A stretch of DNA of 64,000 nucleotides. It comes from Rhodoplanes serenus. GTDB taxonomy: Bacteria; Pseudomonadota; Alphaproteobacteria; Rhizobiales; Xanthobacteraceae. The DNA lies in assembly GCA_945861855.1 (NCBI GenBank), contig CAMAWG010000001.1, positions 14,985-78,984 on the forward strand, read 5' to 3'. Position numbers and translations under genes: made by a program. The notes beneath the pieces were generated by a model. It did not search any database. It saw only the letters and a list, made by a program, of their open reading frames with translations, and was not told the origin of the DNA. Of the stretch, positions 43,577 through 53,349 are shown piece by piece. Each line of letters starts with the position of its first letter. Position 1 is the stretch's first letter.

Positions 43577-44539
43577 CTATTCAGCCTGGATGTTGGCGGC
43601 GCGTGCGATGTTCGACCACTTCTCCAGGTCATTCTTGATGAGAGCGGCGAAATCGGCGGCGGCGCCGCCGATCGGCTCCGCGCCGTCCTGGGCGAGCCGT
43701 TCGCGCACATCCGGCATCCGCAGCGCGTCGGCGACTGCGGCCTGGAGCTTGTCGATGACGGCCTGCGGCGTGCCGGCGGGCGCAAGCAGGCCGTACCATT
43801 GCAGCGCCGAGTAGCCCGGCACGCCGCCCTCGGCCACGGTCGGCACGTCCGGCATGGCCGCCACGCGCTTTGGCCCGGAGATGGCGAGCGCGCGCAGCTT
43901 GCCTGCTTCGATCAGCGGCTTGCCGGTGAGCATGTTGGAGAACAGCGCGGAAATCCGCCCCGACAGCACCTCGGTCATCGCCGGGCCGGTGCCCTTGAAT
44001 GGGATGTGCTGCAGGTCGATGCCGGCCATGTGCTTGAGCAACTCCATGCTCATGTGCGGCGAGCTTCCCGCGCCGGCGGAGGCGTAGTTGAGCGTGCCGG
44101 GCTTTGCCTTTGCCAGCGCGATCAGTTCTTGCAATGATTTCGCCGGAACGTCCGGGTGCACCACCAGCACGTTGGAGATGCCGGCGACCTGGGTGATCGC
44201 CGCCAGGTCCTTCGCTGCGTCGTAGCGCGCCTGCTTGGTGACCGCAGGCAGCACCGCGACCGTGCTTGGCGTCATCAGCAAGGTGTAGCCGTCGCGCGGC
44301 GCGTTGATCACGGTCTCGATGCCGATGATGCCGCCGCCGCCGCCGCGGTTCTCGACGAAGAAGTTTAGTCCGCCGGTGGAGAGCTTGGCGGCGAGCACCC
44401 GCGCCAGGATGTCGGTGCCGCCGCCGGGCGCGGAATTGACCACGATGCGGACCGGCCGCGACGGATAGTCCGCCTGCGCGAAGGATTCGGAAGCGAGCGC
44501 CATGAGGCAGGCGAGCGTCAGCAGCGTCGCGCGTATCAT
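43577..44539 (-). CDS. Bug/TctC substrate-binding protein
   Basis: Signal peptide, YPSRPVRIVV, GGGTD, DGYTLL, HIPFKG, PDVPTV; GAGGAG RBS. Confidence 0.9.
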   Translation of the reverse strand: MIRATLLTLACLMALASESFAQADYPSRPVRIVVNSAPGGGTDILARVLAAKLSTGGLNFFVENRGGGGGIIGIETVINAPRDGYTLLMTPSTVAVLPAVTKQARYDAAKDLAAITQVAGISNVLVVHPDVPAKSLQELIALAKAKPGTLNYASAGAGSSPHMSMELLKHMAGIDLQHIPFKGTGPAMTEVLSGRISALFSNMLTGKPLIEAGKLRALAISGPKRVAAMPDVPTVAEGGVPGYSALQWYGLLAPAGTPQAVIDKLQAAVADALRMPDVRERLAQDGAEPIGGAAADFAALIKNDLEKWSNIARAANIQAE

Positions 44540-44541
44540 CG

Positions 44542-45405
44542 TCATCTCCTCGTGGGTGCAAACCGCGTCGGATAGGAGGTGTCCTCGAACTTCTGCTCGA
44601 CGATCCACTTCGCCACCTCGCGGTGGTGCGCGAACCAGACGTCCTTGTGGCTGCGGAGATACTCCAGGATTTGCCGGAAGATCGCCGCCATGGCCGGGCG
44701 CCCGCCGAAATGGCTGTGCACGCCGATGTTGATCAGCCCGCCGGGCTCGCAGGAATGCAGATAGTCGAACATGTCCTTGTAGACGTCGAAATAGATGCGC
44801 GGACTCGCGCGGAGCGCGCGGTTGTCGACGAACTCGCTCCACGGGATCATGACGATGTTGCCGCTCTTGGTCTTCTGCGGGTAGGGCACGCTGGCATCGA
44901 GCGCGTCCGAGCACCATTGCAGCTTTGCTTCGGCCAGATAGTCGATGGTGTTCTCCGACCAGCCGTAGATCGGCGTGACCCAGCCGGTCGGGCGCTTGCC
45001 GGCGGTCTTCTCGATGATGTCGAGCGTCTTCTTGATGGTCTCGCGTTCGCGGTCTGCGCTCATCGAGAACAGCGTCTGGTCCTGCAGGTAGCCGTGGCCG
45101 GCGACGTCCTGGCCGGACTTGGCGAAGGCCGCGACCGCCTCGGGCCACACCTCGGCGCTGCGGCCGTTGCAGAACAGCGTCGCCGGCATGCCGAGGTCCG
45201 CCAGATTGCGCGACAGCCGCCAGATGCCCTCGCTGCCGCCGAACCGCGCCCAGTTGATGCCGGCGACGTCCTTGGAGCCGGGGGGCAGCGGCGTGGTGCG
45301 CGGGAAATAGCTCGGCGATTTGCCGTCGCTCCAGGTCTCCAGCAGCACGCTGCACACCACGGCCACGCGATGACCGTGGGGCCACACCAAGGGCCGCTTG
45401 TTCAT
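44542..45405 (-). CDS. Polysaccharide deacetylase family (PuuE allantoinase-like) protein
   Basis: WPHGHRVAV, FGGSEGIWRL, AGHGY, PTGW, GVHSHFGGRP. Confidence 0.8.
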   Translation of the reverse strand: MNKRPLVWPHGHRVAVVCSVLLETWSDGKSPSYFPRTTPLPPGSKDVAGINWARFGGSEGIWRLSRNLADLGMPATLFCNGRSAEVWPEAVAAFAKSGQDVAGHGYLQDQTLFSMSADRERETIKKTLDIIEKTAGKRPTGWVTPIYGWSENTIDYLAEAKLQWCSDALDASVPYPQKTKSGNIVMIPWSEFVDNRALRASPRIYFDVYKDMFDYLHSCEPGGLINIGVHSHFGGRPAMAAIFRQILEYLRSHKDVWFAHHREVAKWIVEQKFEDTSYPTRFAPTRR

Positions 45406-45541
45406 GTGACGTCCTCACAACCGCCCGTTGGGAAATTCCAGCATGGCTGATACTGCCGAGTCCATGGTCGGAATGGGTAAAGAGCGGTTGCTGGAGCAGG
45501 AGCGGGTGGCGAAGCGCGGGAAGTAGGCTATCGTTTCGGCC

Positions 45542-47251
45542 ATGCCGGGTTCGTCACAGAATGTCGCTGCGCAGCCTTCGGTGATGGTCACGCCGCTGGC
45601 GGGCTATCGTCTTTTGTCCGACTCGATGCTCAACAAAGGCACCGCCTTCACCGAGCAGGAGCGGGACGACTTCGAACTGCACGGGCTGCTGCCGCCCCGC
45701 GTCGCCACGCTGGACGAGCAGGTGTCGCGGCGGCTGCAGGTGCTGCGCGGTTTTGCCACCGATCTCGAACGCTACGCATTCCTGCGCGAGCTGCAGGACA
45801 CCAACGAGACGGTGTTTTTCGCCCTGTTGACGCGAAACATCGAGGAACTCCTGCCGATCGTCTATACGCCGACCGTCGGCGCCGGCTGCCAGAATTTCAG
45901 CCGGCTGTTCCGCAAGCCGCGCGGGCTGTTCCTGAGCCTGCCGCACCGCAAGCGCATCAGGCAAATCCTGGCCAACCCGCAGTTCGACCAGACCGAGGTG
46001 ATCGTCGTCACCGACGGCGAGCGCATCCTGGGGCTGGGCGATCAGGGCGCCGGCGGCATGGGCATCCCGATCGGCAAGCTCGCGCTCTATACCGCCTGTG
46101 CCGGCATCCATCCCACGACCTGTCTGCCTATCTTGCTCGACGTCGGCACCGACAATGAGGAGAGCCTGGCCGATCCGCTCTATGTCGGATGGCGCCGCGA
46201 GCGGGTGCGCGGCGCAGAATACGATGATTTCGTCGAGGAGTTCATCGGGGCGGTGGCCGAACGCTGGCCGCATGTCCTGCTGCAGTTCGAGGACTTCGCC
46301 AAGTCCAACGCCACGCGCCTGCTCGACCGCTATCGCGACCGGCTTTGCACGTTCAACGACGACATCCAGGGGACAGCGGCGGTGGCGACCGGGACGCTTC
46401 TTTCGGCCATCGGCGTCATGGGCGTGCCGCTTGCCCAGCAGCGCGTCGCCATTTTCGGCGCGGGGTCCGCCGGCTGCGGCATCGCAAGCCTTCTGATGGC
46501 GGCGATGGTCGAGTCCGGCGTCCCCGCCAAGGACGCGGCCAAGCGCTTCTTCATGGTCGACCAGGACGGGCTGCTGGTCGAGGGGATGAACTCGATCGCC
46601 GGATTCCAGAAACCGTTCGTGCAGGATCGCTCGATCGCCGCGTCGTGGCCGCTCGAGCAGCCGGGCCGCGCGGGGCTTCTCGATGTCGTGCGGAACGCCC
46701 GGCCGACGACGCTGATCGGCGTGTCGGGCCAGCCCGGCTCGTTCTCGGAGCAGATCATCCGCGCGATGGCCGACGTCAACCGGCGGCCGGTGATATTCCC
46801 GCTCTCCAACCCGACCTCGCGCGCCGAGGCGACGCCGGCCGACATCCAGCGCTGGAGCAACGGCCGCGCCGTGATCGGGACCGGCAGCCCGTTCGCGCCG
46901 CTGATGCGCGACGGGCGTGCGTTCAGGGTCGACCAGACCAACAACACCTACATCTTTCCCGGCGTGGGCCTCGGCGCCATCGCCGTGCAGGCGGGCCGCA
47001 TCACCGACACTATGTTCATGGCGGCGGCGAAGGCGCTGGCGGCGATGTCGCCGGCCCGCAACGACACCGGCAACAATCTACTGCCGCCGGTCACGGCGCT
47101 GCGCGAGATTGCCATTGCGGTGGCAAAAGCTGTCGCATTGCAGGCGCTGAGCGAAGGCTTGACGGCGGAGATCGAGGAAGACGAGATCGACGCCGCCATT
47201 GCCGCCAAGATGTGGACGCCGCGATATCTGCCGTACCGGCGGTCGACATAG
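45542..47251 (+). CDS. maeA: NAD-dependent malic enzyme
   Basis: NKGTAF, VYTPTVG, TDGERILGLGD, FEDF, FNDDIQGT, GAGSAG, PLSNPT. Confidence 0.92.
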   Translation: MPGSSQNVAAQPSVMVTPLAGYRLLSDSMLNKGTAFTEQERDDFELHGLLPPRVATLDEQVSRRLQVLRGFATDLERYAFLRELQDTNETVFFALLTRNIEELLPIVYTPTVGAGCQNFSRLFRKPRGLFLSLPHRKRIRQILANPQFDQTEVIVVTDGERILGLGDQGAGGMGIPIGKLALYTACAGIHPTTCLPILLDVGTDNEESLADPLYVGWRRERVRGAEYDDFVEEFIGAVAERWPHVLLQFEDFAKSNATRLLDRYRDRLCTFNDDIQGTAAVATGTLLSAIGVMGVPLAQQRVAIFGAGSAGCGIASLLMAAMVESGVPAKDAAKRFFMVDQDGLLVEGMNSIAGFQKPFVQDRSIAASWPLEQPGRAGLLDVVRNARPTTLIGVSGQPGSFSEQIIRAMADVNRRPVIFPLSNPTSRAEATPADIQRWSNGRAVIGTGSPFAPLMRDGRAFRVDQTNNTYIFPGVGLGAIAVQAGRITDTMFMAAAKALAAMSPARNDTGNNLLPPVTALREIAIAVAKAVALQALSEGLTAEIEEDEIDAAIAAKMWTPRYLPYRRST

Positions 47252-47277
47252 TTTTTCATTGAGCAGGGAGTCGAGTG

Positions 47278-48333
47278 ATGGCGGACCGCAGCAAGAATCC
47301 GATCGTGCATTTCGTCGGCAGCATTCCGCTGCCGGACAGCGAGACCGTGTTTCGCACCTTGTCGAAGGCGGTCGGGCCGCATCTCACGCGCCTGCCGGAC
47401 GGCGAGACCGGCATCCGCAAGACCTGGATCAGGTTTCTGCAGGATGTGCTGTCCGGCAATTCGGCGATCGAGTTCGCCAACGACGTGCCGCCGTTCAAGT
47501 TCACGCAGTGGGACGGCAAGGTGGTGCGCGAGATTCCGCGTCTGCGCGTCAAGCCCGGCGCCACCATCGATCCCGCCACGTTCGACACCGGCTATGCCGC
47601 GATGGCGATCGAGTCGTGGAAGATATTCGAGCGCCTGCAGAAGGCGGGCGAAATCCCTGCGGGCGTCAAGTTCCAGGTCTCGATCCCGACACCGATCGCG
47701 CCGACCTACAACAACATAGTGCCGGGCGATCGGCCGAAGCTCCTGCAGCCGCTGACGCAGCATTTCATCGGCGAGATCAAGAAGATCGCCAAGGCGCTTC
47801 CCAACGACCGCGTCGCGATCCAGTGGGACGTCTGCCAGGAGGTGCTGGCCTGGGAGAACTACTACGACAAGGGGCCGGTCGATTTCCGCACCGAGACCAT
47901 CGACGTGCTCACCAGGATCGGCGACGGCGTGCCGTCCGGCATCGAGCTCGGCTATCACCTGTGCTACGGCAGCCCGGCGGACGAGCACATGGTGCTGCCC
48001 AAGGACATGGGCATCATGGTCGAGATGACCAACGCCATCGTCGCGAGCGTCAGGCGGCCGATCCAGTTCTTCCATATGCCGGTGGTCAAGGCGCGGACCG
48101 ACGATGCCTATTTCGCGCCGCTGAAGGGATTGAAGCTCAGCCCGGAGACCGAGCTTTATCTCGGCCTGATCCATTACAACGACGCGGCCGGCGACGCGGC
48201 GCGGCTCGCGGCGGCCCGCCGCCACGCGCGAGTCGACGGCATAGGAACCGAATGCGGCATGGCGCGGGGCGATCCGGCGCGGCTGCCGGCGCTGCTCGCG
48301 GCGCATGCGAAAGCGGCGGAAATTGTGGCTTAG
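47278..48333 (+). CDS. MetE C-terminal-like (UROD/MetE fold) Zn-dependent protein
   Basis: HFVGS, PDGETG, QWD, HLCYG, GLIH, TECG. Confidence 0.7.
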   Translation: MADRSKNPIVHFVGSIPLPDSETVFRTLSKAVGPHLTRLPDGETGIRKTWIRFLQDVLSGNSAIEFANDVPPFKFTQWDGKVVREIPRLRVKPGATIDPATFDTGYAAMAIESWKIFERLQKAGEIPAGVKFQVSIPTPIAPTYNNIVPGDRPKLLQPLTQHFIGEIKKIAKALPNDRVAIQWDVCQEVLAWENYYDKGPVDFRTETIDVLTRIGDGVPSGIELGYHLCYGSPADEHMVLPKDMGIMVEMTNAIVASVRRPIQFFHMPVVKARTDDAYFAPLKGLKLSPETELYLGLIHYNDAAGDAARLAAARRHARVDGIGTECGMARGDPARLPALLAAHAKAAEIVA

Positions 48334-48371
48334 GATTGTTGCTTCTCAGGATGAGGCCGGGAGAGCCCGAG

Positions 48372-49361
48372 TCAGGCCGCCTCGATCTCCTCCATCAGCT
48401 TCTCGGAAATCGTCAGTCCCTCCGCCTTCGCCTTCTCCCGCGCCTTGAGCCTTCGCATGCCCGGCAGCCGCGCGCCGGGCTGCGCCTCGATCGACGCTGC
48501 CAGGACGCTGAAGCGCGCCGGCGCGTCGCCGCCGAACGCCGCCGGGTCGAACGTCAGGATCAATTGCCCGGTGCCGGACGGCGCGCCATAGGGATCGAGA
48601 TAGGACGACGCCTCCGCGGCGAAGTTCGCGCCGGTCAGCCCCGCCGCCAGCAGTTCGACCATCAGCGCCAGCGCCACGCCCTTGGCGTCGCCCATCGGCA
48701 GCATGGTGCCGCGCAGCGCCGCGTTGGGATCGGTGGTGGGCTGGCCCGCCTCATCGAGCGCCCAGCCTTCGGGGATCTGTTCGCCACGCTGCTTCGCCGT
48801 CATGACGTTGCCGCGCGCCACCTTCGATAGGGACAGATCGATGACCAGTGGCGCGCGGCCCGGGATCGGACAGGCGAAGGCGACGGGATTGGTGCCGAGC
48901 ACCGCCTTCGACCCGCCCCAGGGCGCCATCGCGCCGGGCGTGTTGACCAGCATCAGCGCGACCAGACCCTTGTCCGCCAGCCGCTCGACCGGATGGCCCG
49001 CCGCGCCGCAATGGCTCGACTTGCGGATCGCCGCTGCCGCGATTCCCTGGGCGCGCGCGGCCGTCGGCAGGGCTGTCTCCGCAAGCTCGATCGCCGGAAA
49101 GGCGAACCCATGACCCGCGTCGATCGCGATCAGGCCGGGCCGCGGCTGCGTGGCGAGCGGCTTGAACGTGCCGTCGATCTTCCGGACCTTGGCCTGGGCG
49201 GCGTACATCGGAACGCGGGAGAGGCCATGGCCCTTGAGCCCGTCCATCTCGGCGGCGATCAGCGCGCGGGCGACGCTTCGCGCATTGTCGATGCCGGTGC
49301 GGCAGCGGGTGAGCGTGCGCACCACCAGCCCTTCCGCCTGTACCAGCGTCAGCGTCGGCAT
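48372..49361 (-). CDS. Ldh_2 family oxidoreductase (ComC/AllD/malate DH type 2)
   Basis: GHGLSR, SSHCGA, GTNPVAF, DLSLS, KGVALA, RLPG. Confidence 0.88.
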   Translation of the reverse strand: MPTLTLVQAEGLVVRTLTRCRTGIDNARSVARALIAAEMDGLKGHGLSRVPMYAAQAKVRKIDGTFKPLATQPRPGLIAIDAGHGFAFPAIELAETALPTAARAQGIAAAAIRKSSHCGAAGHPVERLADKGLVALMLVNTPGAMAPWGGSKAVLGTNPVAFACPIPGRAPLVIDLSLSKVARGNVMTAKQRGEQIPEGWALDEAGQPTTDPNAALRGTMLPMGDAKGVALALMVELLAAGLTGANFAAEASSYLDPYGAPSGTGQLILTFDPAAFGGDAPARFSVLAASIEAQPGARLPGMRRLKAREKAKAEGLTISEKLMEEIEAA

Positions 49362-49378
49362 GATCCAGTCCCGAAACT

Positions 49379-49475
49379 GTCATGCCCCGCGCATGCGGGG
49401 CATCCAGTCATCGCATGGTTCGTTGTCGATCTCTACGCTGGCGACCACTGGATCGCCGCTTTCGCGGGCGATGAC
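49379..49475. repeat. REP-like palindromic doublet (family C)
   Basis: GTCATGCCCCGCGCATGCGGGGCATCCAGT ... ACTGGATCGCCGCTTTCGCGGGCGATGAC. Confidence 0.7.
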
Positions 49476-49554
49476 GGCGGAGTACCCCATGATGGCCGCG
49501 GGAAAATAGCCTATGCTCGGCATCAGGATGCCGGGGCAAAGAGGAACGTCAGCG

Positions 49555-50412
49555 ATGCTCGACTACATCCCGGTCCCCGAGGCCTTCAAGCTTCCGCCCG
49601 GCGCGAACCTGGGCGGCACCTCCGGCATCGCGATCAACTCCAGGGGCCACATTTTCGTCCTGCATCGCGGGCCGATGCCGCTGATGGAGTTCGACCCCAA
49701 CGGCAACTTCATCCGCGGTCTGGGCGACGGGCTGTTCGACCGGCCGCATGGGCTGCGCATCGATAGCGACGACAACATCTGGGCGACCGACGTGGCCGCC
49801 CACGTCGCCTACAAGTTCAATCCCGGGGGCCGCCTGGAGATGGTGCTCGGCTGCAAGAACCGGCCCGGCGAGTGGCACGAGTTCGGGCACCTGCGGCTGT
49901 TCAACGAGCCGAACGAGGCGGTGGTCGGCCCGTCCGGCGATATCTTCGTGCTGCAGGGGCACGGCAAGGGCGAGTCGCTGGTTCTGAAGTTCGATCGCGA
50001 CGGCAACTTCATCAAGACCTGGGGCAGGAAGGGCAAGGGGCCGGGCGAGTTCGATCTGCCGCATTCGCTCGTGTTCGACGCCAAGGGCCTGCTCTACATC
50101 GCCGACCGCAACAACGCGCGCATCCAGGTGTTCGACGCCGACGGCGACTACATCCGCGAGTCGAAGCACCCCGGCACGCCATGCGGACTGTTCATGACAC
50201 AAGACCAGACGATCTGGCTGGCGCACGGCCACACCGGGCAGATCATGACGCTCGACCTCAACGGCAACGTGCTGGGCACGATGGCGGGAGCCGGGCAGGG
50301 CAAGACGCTCGGCAAGTACGGCGAGGCGCACTACATCGCGGTCAGCCAGCGCGGCGAGGTTTTTGTCGCCGATACGCTGAACTGGCGCGTTCAGAAGTAT
50401 GTGAAGAGGTAG
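49555..50412 (+). CDS. NHL-repeat protein, peptidyl-alpha-hydroxyglycine alpha-amidating lyase-like
   Basis: RPHGL, FDLPHSL, ADRNNARIQ, EAHYIA; no signal peptide. Confidence 0.8.
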   Translation: MLDYIPVPEAFKLPPGANLGGTSGIAINSRGHIFVLHRGPMPLMEFDPNGNFIRGLGDGLFDRPHGLRIDSDDNIWATDVAAHVAYKFNPGGRLEMVLGCKNRPGEWHEFGHLRLFNEPNEAVVGPSGDIFVLQGHGKGESLVLKFDRDGNFIKTWGRKGKGPGEFDLPHSLVFDAKGLLYIADRNNARIQVFDADGDYIRESKHPGTPCGLFMTQDQTIWLAHGHTGQIMTLDLNGNVLGTMAGAGQGKTLGKYGEAHYIAVSQRGEVFVADTLNWRVQKYVKR

Positions 50413-50427
50413 ATGGGATTCTCTCCA

Positions 50428-50515
50428 CGTCATGGCCGGGCTTGTCCCGGCCATCCACGTCTTGCTTAGCCAGCAAGAAAGGCGTGGATGCCCGGGCACA
50501 AGGCCGGGCATGACG
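50428..50515. repeat. REP/RIME-like palindromic element (family A)
   Basis: CGTCATGGCCGGGCTTGTCCCGGCCATCCACG...CGTGGATGCCCGGGCACAAGGCCGGGCATGACG; between convergent genes. Confidence 0.85.
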
Positions 50516-50530
50516 AACGAGAGTTCAGGT

Positions 50531-51370
50531 TCAATCCAAACAAAATCCCTTCTTCCTGACAAACGCGCCGAAATCCGCCCGCTGCGGCACGCCGTATTGC
50601 CGCGCCTTGTCCTCCGACCAGCCGTAGAACGGCACGTCGCCCCAGCGCGCCGGATCGCGCGGCTTGTACGGATGGATCGCCGCGCGGCGGCGATCGTAGG
50701 CGTCGATGGCTGCTCCCAGATCGCCGTCGTCATAGCGGCCCTCGTGCACGGTGCTGGAAAGCCCGAGCCGCGGGCTGATGTGGCCTTTCTCCGACGGCCA
50801 GCCGACGCACATCCCCGCCACCGGGATCACCCGCTGCGACAGCTTGAGCATCTCGCTCACCTTCGCCGAATGGTCGCGGATCACGCTGATCGGACAGGTG
50901 CCGAGCCCCACCGCGTCGGCGGCGCGAATGAAAGACGCCAGAACGATCCCGGCATCGACCGCAGCGTTGAAGAACTGATCCAGATGATCGTTGGGAAACG
51001 GCTTGCCGCGCATCTTGGAAATTTCCGGTAGCCGCCGCCCGTTTGCCAGGAACACCAGGAACACGGGCGCCGAGTGGATGAACGGCTGATCGGGAATGAG
51101 ATCGGCGATGATCCCCTGGTCCGCCTTGTCGACGATCACGATGTCGGCCTGCTGCAGATCGCTCTTGCTCGGCGCCGACAGCGCACAGGCGCACAAGAGC
51201 CGCAGCAATTCGGGCTCGACCGCGCGTTCGGTGTAGCGCCGGTGCACGCGGCGTCCGGCGAGGCGCGCGAGTTCGTCCTGGCCGGGCAGGCTCTCATCGA
51301 CAGCGAGCGCTTCGCCGAAGCGCGCCTTGAGAGCATCGGTGATGGCTTTCCCGGGATGAGGGTCTGACAT
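50531..51370 (-). CDS. Nitroreductase family protein (NfsA/FRP-like flavin reductase)
   Basis: RRVHRRY, APSKSDLQ, VDAGI, GLGTCPIS, SPRL. Confidence 0.85.
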   Translation of the reverse strand: MSDPHPGKAITDALKARFGEALAVDESLPGQDELARLAGRRVHRRYTERAVEPELLRLLCACALSAPSKSDLQQADIVIVDKADQGIIADLIPDQPFIHSAPVFLVFLANGRRLPEISKMRGKPFPNDHLDQFFNAAVDAGIVLASFIRAADAVGLGTCPISVIRDHSAKVSEMLKLSQRVIPVAGMCVGWPSEKGHISPRLGLSSTVHEGRYDDGDLGAAIDAYDRRRAAIHPYKPRDPARWGDVPFYGWSEDKARQYGVPQRADFGAFVRKKGFCLD

Positions 51371-51494
51371 GCTGGCGGTCCGGTTGCGTTGTCGTGCGGC
51401 GTCTGCGAGCAGTTTGATGGTATTCTGCCGCCCGCGACAAGCCGTGCCGCCGCTCCGGACCTCCCTGTGAACACGCCGAACGCAACCGCCCCGC

Positions 51495-52226
51495 ATGTTT
51501 GAGCTGACGGCGCAGACCATCGTCGTCGTGGTCGTGGGCGGCTTCCTCGGCGGTATGGCGTCGGGCGCAGCGGGTTTCGCCTATGGCGCCGTCGCCACCG
51601 CGATCTGGCTGCACGAGATTTCCCCGATCCACGCGGCGCTGCTCGTCGTTTCGGGCGGGTTGATCAACCAGAGCGGCCTTGTGTGGACCATGCGCCGCTC
51701 GCTCGACTTCGGGCGGCTCACGCCGTTCCTGATCGGCGGCCTCGTCGGCGTGCCGCTCGGCGTCGCTCTGGTGCTGCAAACCAACCCGCACGCGATCCGC
51801 AACGGTCTCGCCGTGTTCATGATCGCCTACGGCATCTATGCGCTGGCCGCGCCGCGGCTGCCGCACATCGCCTGGGGCGGGCGCATCGCCGACGGGGTGA
51901 TCGGCTTCCTCGGCGGGCTGTGCGGCGGCGTCGCCGGGCTCTCGGGCATTTTTCCGGCGATCTGGACGCAGCTTCGCGGCTGGTCGAAGGAGGCCGCGCG
52001 GGGCGTCTATCAGCCCTTCATCGTGATGTCGCATTTCCTGACGCTGCTGCTGATCGGTATGGTGGCGTTCGACCGCGAAGGCGTCATCCTGTTCCTGGTC
52101 GCCATTCCGGCGGTCCTGCTCGGATCCTGGACCGGCTGGCTGATCTACGGAAAGCTCGACGAGCGGCGCTTCCGGCAATTGCTGGCTGGCCTGCTGATCG
52201 TCTCCGGCGTGCTGCTGATCTACTGA
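51495..52226 (+). CDS. TauE/SafE family exporter
   Basis: SGAAGFAYG, about 8 TM helices, GGVAGLSG. Confidence 0.82.
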   Translation: MFELTAQTIVVVVVGGFLGGMASGAAGFAYGAVATAIWLHEISPIHAALLVVSGGLINQSGLVWTMRRSLDFGRLTPFLIGGLVGVPLGVALVLQTNPHAIRNGLAVFMIAYGIYALAAPRLPHIAWGGRIADGVIGFLGGLCGGVAGLSGIFPAIWTQLRGWSKEAARGVYQPFIVMSHFLTLLLIGMVAFDREGVILFLVAIPAVLLGSWTGWLIYGKLDERRFRQLLAGLLIVSGVLLIY

Positions 52227-52309
52227 TGCGGCGATAATCCCGCGGCCGGACTTGCGCCCGGCAACGCGCGGTGGATACTGACTTTCCGTTTCGTGCGTGG
52301 AGTGCGTCC

Positions 52310-53209
52310 ATGTCCAGACCGATGATCCCCAGTGAGCGCGTCGATTACTCGGCGATCGTCGACCGCCCGCCGCTCAAGCTGCCGGACGGCGCGCGGCTCG
52401 TGTTCTGGACCATCGTCAATTACGAGGTGTGGGACATCTCCCGGCCGATGGCGCGGCAGGTCATCCCGGCGCCGACCGGCCAGGTGCTCTTGCCCGACGT
52501 GCCGAACTGGAGCTGGCACGAATACGGCATGCGGGTCGGCGCCTGGCGCTTCTACGAATTGTTCAAGCGCCTCGGCATCAAGCCCACGCTCGCCGCCAAC
52601 GCCCGCATCTGCGAGGACTATCCGCGCGTCGCCGAGGAGGCGAAGAAGAACGGCTGGGAGTTCATGGGTCACGCCTACGACCAGCTTCCGATCCACAAGA
52701 GCGAGAATCAGGCGGCGATGATCGACCGCTCGATGGAGGTGATCGAGAAGTTCACCGGCAAGCGACCGGTCGGCTGGCTCGGTCCGGGCCTGACGCAGAC
52801 ACTGGAGACGCCCGAGCTACTCGCCAAGGCCGGCGTGCAGTACATCGGCGACTGGGTCTATGATGACGAGCCGACGGTGATCAAGACCACCGAAGGCCCG
52901 CTGGTGACGCTGCCCTACACGGTCGAGCTGAACGACATCCCGATGATGATCGTGCAGCACCACGAGAGCGACTATCTGCTCAAGCGCGCCATCGACCAGT
53001 TCGACCGGCTCTACGCCGAGGGCAAGGACCGCTGCAAGATCATGTCGCTGGCGATCCACCCCTACATCAGCGGCCAGCCGCACCGGATCAAGTATCTTGA
53101 GGCGATCTACGATCACGTCCGCCGCTTCGATGGCGTTCTGCACTGGAACGGCGAGCAGATCCTCGATTGGTACAAGTCGGTCGTCAAAATCCCATTCAAG
53201 AACAGGTGA
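52310..53209 (+). CDS. Polysaccharide deacetylase family (PuuE allantoinase-like) protein
   Basis: VNYEVW, SWHEYGMRVGAWR, EFMGH, GWLGPG, HPYISGQPHR. Confidence 0.85.
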   Translation: MSRPMIPSERVDYSAIVDRPPLKLPDGARLVFWTIVNYEVWDISRPMARQVIPAPTGQVLLPDVPNWSWHEYGMRVGAWRFYELFKRLGIKPTLAANARICEDYPRVAEEAKKNGWEFMGHAYDQLPIHKSENQAAMIDRSMEVIEKFTGKRPVGWLGPGLTQTLETPELLAKAGVQYIGDWVYDDEPTVIKTTEGPLVTLPYTVELNDIPMMIVQHHESDYLLKRAIDQFDRLYAEGKDRCKIMSLAIHPYISGQPHRIKYLEAIYDHVRRFDGVLHWNGEQILDWYKSVVKIPFKNR

Positions 53210-53226
53210 AACGGCAACCTCTCCAC

Positions 53227-53309
53227 GTCATGCCCGCGGCTTGTCGCGGGCATCCACGCCTTTTGCCTCGAAGTAAGGCGTGGATGGCCGGGACAAGCCC
53301 GGCCATGAC
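53227..53309. repeat. REP/RIME-like element (family A)
   Basis: GTCATGCCCGCGGCTTGTCGCGGGCATCCACG...CGTGGATGGCCGGGACAAGCCCGGCCATGAC. Confidence 0.85.
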
Positions 53310-53349
53310 AAAATAGAGTGCCTGCCGAAACAAAGAGTAAGAAACCATC

